This document shows positions 56,695 to 64,000 of a stretch of DNA of 64,000 nt, piece by piece. This DNA comes from a virus. The number at the start of each line of letters is the position of its first letter. The first letter of the stretch is position 1. The translations under genes and the position numbers were made by a program. Under the pieces are notes generated by a model. That model was not told the origin of the DNA. It was given only the letters and a program-made list of their open reading frames with translations, and did no database searches. Where the stretch lies: positions 35,834 through 99,833 of IMG/VR virus record IMGVR_UViG_3300027772_000010, one strand, 5' to 3'.

Positions 56695-59600
56695 TTACCT
56701 ACTAATATTATTAAAAAGAAAGTCTAATGGAGATCCTGCAAAAGCATTATTAAAAGAACCTGTATTACCCATAATTTGATTAGCAAATCTTTGTCCTTGT
56801 TCTCCTCTAAACATATCTGGTTTTGCAGCCATTATATTTAATAATTGTAATTTTTGATTTTGTTCTTTTTGAGTATTTTCACCCATACTTTTAACATATT
56901 GAGAATACAATTCTGAATCTGTAACAGCTTTTTTACCCAATAAGTTTCTTTTAAGATTTGCTAAATTTTGAGCAGCTGTAAGATTTTCATTTCTTACATC
57001 TATATTCTCTCCTAGTAATCCTTGTTGAAGACCTTGAGTTGTATTATAAAGTCCTACATTTTTTTCATTTAAAGCACTTAAAGTATTTCCTACTTGATTC
57101 ATAGCTGTTGCACCTGCATTAGCAATATTACTAGCTAAAGTACTCCAATCTCCTGTTTGTCCTGCTAAAGCATTTGCAGAATTTCTTTGAGCTCTTTCTA
57201 TATTATAAAGAATGTTTCCTATAGGAATTTCATTCTTTCTACTTCTAATATAAGTATCAGGAGTTTCCATTATATATAAAGGATCTAAATCCATTAATGC
57301 ATTTGTATAAGCTTCATTTGCTGCAAGTCCTCTTCCTAATTGTCCTTCTAATAGTCCATAATTAAACCTATTTTGCATAGGCATTTGTCTTGCACCAGCT
57401 ACTGCATTAATCCTTGCTAATTCTAAATTAGCTGCTTTTTCTGCAGGAGTTTGAGGAGTATTTACTTTAGCAGGTTGTTGTTTTGGTGGCACTGCCTTTA
57501 ATTGTTGTATTCCTTTCAATTTAGGAGTGTCTCCTAATGTAGAAATATTGTAAGGATTTGGCCTCATTCCTGGAGTTTTTTTAAGATAAGCATTATATAT
57601 TTTTTCTCCTTCAGGACTATCTAATATTTTTTCAGCATTTTTAATCAATTCTGCAGTGGGCTCTATACCTAATTCTGTAAAATAATCTTTAAAAACTGTT
57701 TCTTTACTAACATTTTTATCGTAAGTTTTACCTCTTGTTTTTTCAACAAAATATCTAGCATCAAAAAATGGATTATTTCCTCCAAAATAAGTTTTATAAC
57801 CAGGAGTTTTACTTTGTCTAACATTTGCAAGATCCATTTGTTCTACAGCTTGAGCTAATGGTAAATATTCTTCATAAGCCATATTTTGTGGAAAATTAAC
57901 TTGTAGTTTTCCCACTTTACGCCCGTTTATTACTTCATTTCCAAGATTAGGATTATATTTTAAAATATTGTTATCTGTTAAATATTTATAAGTATTAGCA
58001 ATTGGATTAGTCCAAGTCACTGTATCATTAACATCATCAAAAGTATATCCAGCTTCTGCAGGATATAAATTTCTGTCTATTCCTACATTGCTGTCTGTAC
58101 CATCTTGATATTTATTAACCATCCCCCCATAAGCCATCATAGGATTTTCCATAGGTAATTGCATCTGCCCTTCAGCCAATTCTTTACCAGCTTTTATTAA
58201 GTCATTCATTTGCATACTTAAATCTACAAAGGATTGTTTATTACTTTCTTTTAATTTATCAGTATTAAAAGAATTAGGAGTAGATTGTTTTTGATATTTA
58301 TTTTTAGCATACTCAGAAATTTCAGCAGGAGATATTTTTTTATTTTTTCCTTTTGTAATTTGTTCTATTTGAATCATCCTTTCTTTTGCTACTTCAGGAG
58401 TAAACATATCAATTAGTTGTTGATATTGTGCTGGAGTGTATTTGTTTCTTGAACTTTGAATATGAGAGCCTGTAGGTAATACATCTGTAATTTCATTATC
58501 AGACATACTTTCATGAGATTGAGTAGCTTTTACAGATTGAATAGTACCATCAGGTAATACTACTTGTTCAGGTTGACCTTGATAAGACTCTGTTTGCACT
58601 GGCATTCTATTATACAAAGTATCTAATGCATCTATTTCTCCACCATCTTGTTTTTTCCACTTAGCAGCATTTCTAGCAAAGTTAGCCATTTGTACTACAT
58701 TAGTAGGATATTTATCTTTATTAGCCATTACTTTATTAGCAGCCTCTTGTACTCCCATTCCTCTACTAGCAGCCCATTCAGTAAACTTACCTTTATTAGC
58801 AGGGTTGATATTAATTCCTCCACCCATAGCATACATAAAGTCATTATCTTCATAACCCATCATAGGCCCTGCTATCATTCCACCACCAGGGTAATTCATA
58901 GGATACATAGAGTTATTTTGAAAATCTTGTGGAGCACCTTTTGGTGCATCTAGTAATCCTCCTAAAAAATATTGTGTAGGATATTCTACATATCCTCCCA
59001 TATTATAATAATCTCCAGCTAACATTAACTCTTCCATTTCAGGAATAATTCCACCATCAGCCCAAGTAGACCTAGCATAAGCTCTAAAGTAAGGATTGTT
59101 TTTTAAATTAGTTTTATGTCTAGCATAAAAGGCTTCTTTACCATATTTAGATTTACTTCTTTCCCCCATATTAGGATCACCAAAATATTTTTTAGTACCA
59201 TCAGGGCCAGTAACAACATGAGTTTTACCTTTTCTATCATTACTCTTTCTTACAGTATAACCTCCATTTCCGTACTCATCTACCATACCACCCATAGCCA
59301 TATTAGCAATAATATTATCTTGTACAGACTTAGGTAAAGCTTTAAATCCAGGATTGTTAATTCCTCCACCATTAGCAAAATTTAATCTCATACCTGCATT
59401 TATTGCATTTGGATTTAAATCTGCATTAATTGATAATCTATCATTTAAATTATAAGACCCTGTTAACCCAAAATCATCTATTTTTGCTCCATCTAAACTT
59501 ACATATCCACCAAAATAGGGTCCAAATGAAAAGTTTTTATCATAATACATAGGATTTATATTTCCCCTTACAAAATCTTCTCCAAACCTAGGTTCAACAG

Positions 59601-60843
59601 ATGTATTAACATCTAATGTTGGGTTAAAAGGAAAGGCTCTACCTTTAATTGCCATGTTAGCTATTATGTTATTTTGTACAGATTTAGGTAAAGCTTTAAA
59701 TCCTACGTTATCTATTCCACCACCTTCAGCATATTCATTTATATAACCACCCATTGCAGCTTTTTTCCAACTACCACCTTTTTCTTTATACCATTTAGCA
59801 GCAAAACCATTTGCGTAAGCTGAATTACCAGTTATTGTTACATAACCATTTTGTTTCATTACCCATGTTCCAAACTTAGTTGTAGGGCACCATACGTCAG
59901 ATATACCTGCATCTTCTTTATGTAAATTTTGAGTGCTTTCTGTATTTCTTCTAATAAATGTCCAACTCATTATTGTTGGATTATGTTTTTTAACTACACT
60001 ACAAACTCTATATCCAAGGAGAACAGCAGCTATTTCCATAGCTAATCCATGGTCTTTTTCTTTTTGACTAAAACCATAAGTTTGTTTATCTTCTTTTTTA
60101 GTCAAGCCTTTATCATGCCCATCATATACAATTCCTGAAGCAAAAAAAGATTGAATTTGAGATATACTCATTTTAAGAATATTTTTTACCCAATTATCTT
60201 TTTTAAAGAATGTATTTAAACTTAACCCATTTCCATTATCAGTTAATTCTGCAGATATTTTAATAGACATATGTTTTGTTATGTCTTTTGCTTCAACTAA
60301 GTTATCAGGGTATTTAGAATTAGATTCTGCCAATACCCATTTATGATTAGGAGTACATTTAATATCAAAATTTGTTTGTTTTTTAAACAATCTAATTAAA
60401 GGAGCATCATTAAAAAATTGTAATGTTAGAATAGGAGTCCATTCATTTTTATTTGTTTCTTGGTTATAAGCTAATATATCTTCGCCTACACTTAATTCAT
60501 TATAATGTTTCCACCCTTCTTTAGTTAAAGCTTGGGAATCCATAGGAACACAAGGATATACATCATATTTAGCTTTAGCAGCAGCTTTAGCTTTACTCCA
60601 TAATGAAGGATTAGTAGGAACATTTCCCCCACTAGCCATTTGTTCTACCATTTCTTCTTGAGTACCCATCATTTGCTCTTCAGAATTTTTTGGAGCATTA
60701 GCCATCATTTCTTGTTGTTGGTATTGAGCAATAATTTCTTGAGCTTCAGGGTATGCCTTAAAGAAAGCTTCTTGTGTTGGGAATTTCTTATAAAACTCAG
60801 CTTCTGTTTTTACTCCTGCTATCTGTAATAATAATTCTTTCAT
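56695..60843 (-). CDS. Modular virion-type protein with about 14 xxxGG-delimited modules; contains an intein
   Basis: MASGG, AAMGG, YAEGG, FANGG, MAMGG, YGNGG, WADGG, YNMGG, YFLGG, YPGGG, YAMGG, KQDGG, MAYGG, plus the variant YQDGT. Confidence 0.75.
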   Translation of the reverse strand: MKELLLQIAGVKTEAEFYKKFPTQEAFFKAYPEAQEIIAQYQQQEMMANAPKNSEEQMMGTQEEMVEQMASGGNVPTNPSLWSKAKAAAKAKYDVYPCVPMDSQALTKEGWKHYNELSVGEDILAYNQETNKNEWTPILTLQFFNDAPLIRLFKKQTNFDIKCTPNHKWVLAESNSKYPDNLVEAKDITKHMSIKISAELTDNGNGLSLNTFFKKDNWVKNILKMSISQIQSFFASGIVYDGHDKGLTKKEDKQTYGFSQKEKDHGLAMEIAAVLLGYRVCSVVKKHNPTIMSWTFIRRNTESTQNLHKEDAGISDVWCPTTKFGTWVMKQNGYVTITGNSAYANGFAAKWYKEKGGSWKKAAMGGYINEYAEGGGIDNVGFKALPKSVQNNIIANMAIKGRAFPFNPTLDVNTSVEPRFGEDFVRGNINPMYYDKNFSFGPYFGGYVSLDGAKIDDFGLTGSYNLNDRLSINADLNPNAINAGMRLNFANGGGINNPGFKALPKSVQDNIIANMAMGGMVDEYGNGGYTVRKSNDRKGKTHVVTGPDGTKKYFGDPNMGERSKSKYGKEAFYARHKTNLKNNPYFRAYARSTWADGGIIPEMEELMLAGDYYNMGGYVEYPTQYFLGGLLDAPKGAPQDFQNNSMYPMNYPGGGMIAGPMMGYEDNDFMYAMGGGININPANKGKFTEWAASRGMGVQEAANKVMANKDKYPTNVVQMANFARNAAKWKKQDGGEIDALDTLYNRMPVQTESYQGQPEQVVLPDGTIQSVKATQSHESMSDNEITDVLPTGSHIQSSRNKYTPAQYQQLIDMFTPEVAKERMIQIEQITKGKNKKISPAEISEYAKNKYQKQSTPNSFNTDKLKESNKQSFVDLSMQMNDLIKAGKELAEGQMQLPMENPMMAYGGMVNKYQDGTDSNVGIDRNLYPAEAGYTFDDVNDTVTWTNPIANTYKYLTDNNILKYNPNLGNEVINGRKVGKLQVNFPQNMAYEEYLPLAQAVEQMDLANVRQSKTPGYKTYFGGNNPFFDARYFVEKTRGKTYDKNVSKETVFKDYFTELGIEPTAELIKNAEKILDSPEGEKIYNAYLKKTPGMRPNPYNISTLGDTPKLKGIQQLKAVPPKQQPAKVNTPQTPAEKAANLELARINAVAGARQMPMQNRFNYGLLEGQLGRGLAANEAYTNALMDLDPLYIMETPDTYIRSRKNEIPIGNILYNIERAQRNSANALAGQTGDWSTLASNIANAGATAMNQVGNTLSALNEKNVGLYNTTQGLQQGLLGENIDVRNENLTAAQNLANLKRNLLGKKAVTDSELYSQYVKSMGENTQKEQNQKLQLLNIMAAKPDMFRGEQGQRFANQIMGNTGSFNNAFAGSPLDFLFNNISR
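59297..59724 (-). repeat. Direct repeat pair encoding GGGIxNxGFKALPKSVQxNIIANMA
   Basis: Copies at about 59651-59724 and 59297-59370. Confidence 0.85.
59824..60552 (-). mobile_element. Intein (243 aa) with a degenerate LAGLIDADG remnant
   Basis: Cys1 CVPMDSQALTKEG; block B TPNH; block F DVWCPTT; block G TGN followed by extein Ser; removal restores DVYP-SAYANG. Confidence 0.88.
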
Positions 60844-60854
60844 AATTTATATGT

Positions 60855-63800
60855 TTATAGTTGGTCTAACCAACCAGTTTTATTTTGTTTTTTATTAATT
60901 TTTTGAGAAACTTGGCCACCATATTTATACTCTTCTATATTATTAAAGTCATAATCAATATAGCCACCATCTTGCCCAAATCCTGTTATTTTACCTATAA
61001 TGTTTCCAATCCCTTTCATACCTGTTGCTCCACCTTTCATGTTGCCCAGCATACCTTTTAATCCGCCCATATTTTTGACCATTCCTACTCCACCTTTAAT
61101 GTTTCCAAATAAACCTGAAGCAGTATCCATCATATTTCCAAAGTCTTGGGAAGACCTAACTAGTCTATTACCTGAAACATATCCTGATTTATCATAATTA
61201 GATAAAGCATCTTTAGCTTGAAAAGTTCCAACAGTACTACCTACTCCTTCTCCTACATCTCCAATACCACTACCAATCATTCCTACATTTCCTGTAGCAG
61301 CTCCACCAATAACTTTTGCAGCACCACTTGTTACATTACCTACTCCTTTACCTACTGTATAACCACCTGTTCTAGTTAAAAATGAATCTCCTACAATATC
61401 TTGTGAAATATCTCCTATAATTGGAACAGTGCTCATCATTCCTAAATAAGCACCTACAGGTTCTTTAGCCCAATCCATAAAACCCCAATCTACTTTATCA
61501 TCTTCAAAAGATTGTCTATCTTTTCTTACTTTTGTATGCATAAAATCATTTTCATATGCTGACTCTAAATCAGCTAAAGAAGCTCTATTAGCATTACTAT
61601 TAAATATTCTAGGGCTTCTTTGTCTGGAATAAAAAGGCATCATTCCACCATATTGATATTTACCAACTCTTCCCCCATACATATTAACTAAATCATTTAG
61701 ATTAACTCCCATATCATAAGGAGTAGTATCATCACTAAAGTGTACTCTAGGAACTGGATTATAGTTTTCGTGAAATACATTACTTTTATGAATATATTCA
61801 GGATACCCTACAGGTAACATATCCATATTACCACCATTTTGGTATTTTCTTAAATATCCTCCATATTTATTTATAAAAGGAACTCCTTTCCATGTAGAAG
61901 AATTTATTGAAGGACCCATAGTAGAGCCCGTAGTAGTATTTTGATTAGGATAATAATAATCAAATAATCCTGCATTTTTTAAAGCTTGGTCATTTTCAAA
62001 ATTTAATTGCTCATCTGTTTTTCCCCCACTAAGTGGTGCTTGCCAATTACTTATATCAGGCATTACATTATTTCCTCTCATTGTAGGTTGAGAAAACTGA
62101 CTCATTAATCCTGTTACTTGACTAACCCCTTGATTTACAGACCCTAATACATCATTAATTCCTGAAAATACACTTGGCTTGTTAATTTCCTCTTCCATGT
62201 TTTCAATGTTAGTAGGCATAACAGATCTAAAGTAACTATTATCTTGAGATAGTTGAGGACCTACTCCAAAACCTTTATAAGCATCTTGATAATTAAGGTA
62301 TCCTCCTCCTTGATATTTTTTAAATTTATTTTTCATATCATTATATATTAAACCTCCATCTTCTTTTTTATGACTATAATCTATTCTTTTAGATGAAGTT
62401 TTTTCTCTTTTAAATTTTTCTTTTTCTGCACTACTTAATTCAGATGCAGTTTTAGGGGTATCACTACTTATTCTTTTAGAAGGTCTGCAAGCAGGATAAC
62501 CTTTTCTTTTCTCACCCTTTTGTCTACCACACTCTTTACCTGTTTTAACATCTACCCACTTCTCAGCAAACCATCTATCTAATCCCCCATGTTGGCCACC
62601 ATCTTTCATTATAGGTATCTCTGTTACTTTATTTGTAGGAAATACATAGTCTCCTGTATTTGGGTATAAAACTACTCCATTAGCTGCTACAGGAAAAGCC
62701 ATATTATTAGTAGTTATATAATTACTATTAATTATTTTTTTAGGTGTAAAATTATCTAAATTAGATATTAAATAACCATTATTATCATTTACTTTTCCTC
62801 CTTGTTTAAAATCTCCAAGTTTAGCATTCTTTAATAATAAATCTATATCTTTAGCTTCAAATCCAAAACTAGGATAATAATCTTGTCTATCTCTTGATTC
62901 TTCACCATATCCAGACACTCCTTTTAATATCATTGGTAAAGCATCTCTATCAATATTATTTTCATACATTTCTGTATAAATTCTATTAAAATGTTTTTGC
63001 TGGGCATCTCCTTTTAATTTTTTAGTAGAATAAAACCAATTTGGATATTCTAAATATTCTGAAAAACCTGGTGTACTAGTAGTTAATAACTTTGATTCTG
63101 AAACATTATCTACTGGAATATCATAAGCCCATTTTGGAATATTATTATTTACATCTCCACCACCTTGGAACTCAGCTGGAACAGCCATTGGTTGTCCAGG
63201 ATATACTTTTGGTGCATTTTGTTGTAAAATAATATCAGACCTTAATTTTGTTTTAGGGTCATAATAAATTTTATCTTCTAGCTCAAAAGGGTTAAACATT
63301 AGACTCTCTAATTCATCTAATAGAGGAGTTGCTTTTTTTAAATATTTACCCATAGTTGGGTTAATATTTCTATCAATAAATTGATTTGCATATCTTGTAG
63401 GATCAAAATCAAATCTATCTGAATATTTTAAATATTCTCCTTTAGCATCTTTACCTTTAGTTACATAATGTTTTCCCATAACAAAATCATCATAAGGGTA
63501 TAAATCAAATGCTGGGTTAACAGGGTCAGGTACTCCATCATCATTAGGTACTCCCCAATTCCTTACAGCTTCATCAGATAAAAGAGTATCAGGGTAGAGT
63601 TTATTATAATCTCTTATTCTATATTTATTTGGAGCAGTTTGCTCAAATGCTCCTGTTTTAGAAGGCAACCCTAAATACATTCTAAGAGCATCTTGCTCTC
63701 TAGCAAGAGGTTCCATAAGTTCATTACTATAATCTTTTCCTTCTATACCAACTGCTGTTCTTAAAAGTTGGTTTAAAGGAGTAAAGTATCCTTCTTCAGT

Positions 63801-64000
63801 ATCTAAGTTACCTAAGTTTTCTTTTAAAGATAAGGCTTTTTTTAATTTAGATAATGTGCTTTTTTTATCTTCTACCTTTCCTCCTTTTTGATAAGTAGAA
63901 GCTCCTTGTTTTTGTAGTGTTTTCTTTGCTGCTATTTTTGCCATTACCAAGGATGGTGTATGAGTTATGTGTGAAGCAGCTACAGGGTTAAACGTGTTGT
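60855..64000 (-). CDS. Second modular xxxGG-delimited virion-type protein (5' end probably outside the window)
   Basis: YQKGG, FQGGG, FKQGG, MKDGG, KEDGG, YQGGG, NKYGG, YQNGG, NMYGG, YQYGG, GQDGG, YKYGG; frame open from 63950 to the window edge; Gly-zipper region near the C-terminus. Confidence 0.75.
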   Translation of the reverse strand, partial: NTFNPVAASHITHTPSLVMAKIAAKKTLQKQGASTYQKGGKVEDKKSTLSKLKKALSLKENLGNLDTEEGYFTPLNQLLRTAVGIEGKDYSNELMEPLAREQDALRMYLGLPSKTGAFEQTAPNKYRIRDYNKLYPDTLLSDEAVRNWGVPNDDGVPDPVNPAFDLYPYDDFVMGKHYVTKGKDAKGEYLKYSDRFDFDPTRYANQFIDRNINPTMGKYLKKATPLLDELESLMFNPFELEDKIYYDPKTKLRSDIILQQNAPKVYPGQPMAVPAEFQGGGDVNNNIPKWAYDIPVDNVSESKLLTTSTPGFSEYLEYPNWFYSTKKLKGDAQQKHFNRIYTEMYENNIDRDALPMILKGVSGYGEESRDRQDYYPSFGFEAKDIDLLLKNAKLGDFKQGGKVNDNNGYLISNLDNFTPKKIINSNYITTNNMAFPVAANGVVLYPNTGDYVFPTNKVTEIPIMKDGGQHGGLDRWFAEKWVDVKTGKECGRQKGEKRKGYPACRPSKRISSDTPKTASELSSAEKEKFKREKTSSKRIDYSHKKEDGGLIYNDMKNKFKKYQGGGYLNYQDAYKGFGVGPQLSQDNSYFRSVMPTNIENMEEEINKPSVFSGINDVLGSVNQGVSQVTGLMSQFSQPTMRGNNVMPDISNWQAPLSGGKTDEQLNFENDQALKNAGLFDYYYPNQNTTTGSTMGPSINSSTWKGVPFINKYGGYLRKYQNGGNMDMLPVGYPEYIHKSNVFHENYNPVPRVHFSDDTTPYDMGVNLNDLVNMYGGRVGKYQYGGMMPFYSRQRSPRIFNSNANRASLADLESAYENDFMHTKVRKDRQSFEDDKVDWGFMDWAKEPVGAYLGMMSTVPIIGDISQDIVGDSFLTRTGGYTVGKGVGNVTSGAAKVIGGAATGNVGMIGSGIGDVGEGVGSTVGTFQAKDALSNYDKSGYVSGNRLVRSSQDFGNMMDTASGLFGNIKGGVGMVKNMGGLKGMLGNMKGGATGMKGIGNIIGKITGFGQDGGYIDYDFNNIEEYKYGGQVSQKINKKQNKTGWLDQL

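Noticed and set aside
1950-61197. Short antisense ORFs in the track (e.g. 1950, 5134, 6390, 12832, 18277, 22256, 22366, 25647, 27772, 31261, 31446, 33159, 40836, 42378, 54175, 54888, 58648, 59116, 60640, 61000)
   Set aside because: Nearly all lie antisense within well-supported genes, with S/L/F/I-rich shadow composition; 31261 runs through the bidirectional terminator
1-64000. Stop-codon reassignment (TAG/TGA), as in some crAss-like phages
   Set aside because: Giant ORFs are intact in the standard code, coding density is high, and polA ends normally at TAG
1-64000. tRNA genes, CRISPR arrays, DGR/reverse transcriptase, integrase
   Set aside because: No cloverleaf, regularly spaced repeat-spacer array, YxDD RT or recombinase motifs noticed by eye; a tRNAscan/CRISPR scan was not run

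Overview
The window is about 64 kb of a very AT-rich, CpG-poor dsDNA phage genome with the gene content and order of a crAss-like phage (Crassvirales-related). It probably infects a Bacteroidota/Flavobacteria host, since TAnnTTTG promoters and A-rich starts without Shine-Dalgarno sites are present. It reads in the standard genetic code. Layout: (1) 1-4.3 kb, minus-strand small late/assembly-type genes (SET-like, ClpP-like, DUF1573-like, HU-like). (2) 4.3-6.2 kb, a divergent, largely non-coding switch region holding a promoter/terminator-bounded ~400-nt candidate ncRNA, a twister-like ribozyme, two copies of a covarying double-hairpin motif and small pseudoknots. (3) 6.2-14.7 kb, plus-strand early genes (M28-like peptidase, DUF932, lytic transglycosylase, many small ORFs). 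(4) 14.7-31.3 kb, replication and nucleotide metabolism (SF2 helicase, exonuclease, PolA, resolvase, DnaB-like helicase, AAA ATPase, primase, dNMP kinase, class I RNR, SplB-like radical SAM). (5) 31.3-64 kb, minus-strand virion cargo genes: three giant proteins including the virion RNA polymerase (DMDID motif), a ferritin, and two proteins built as strings of small modules separated by about 25 x-x-x-G-G motifs, one module interrupted by an intein. The most novel-looking items are the GG-delimited modular polyproteins and the structured-RNA cluster at the strand switch. All family assignments come from motif recognition by eye; no searches were run.
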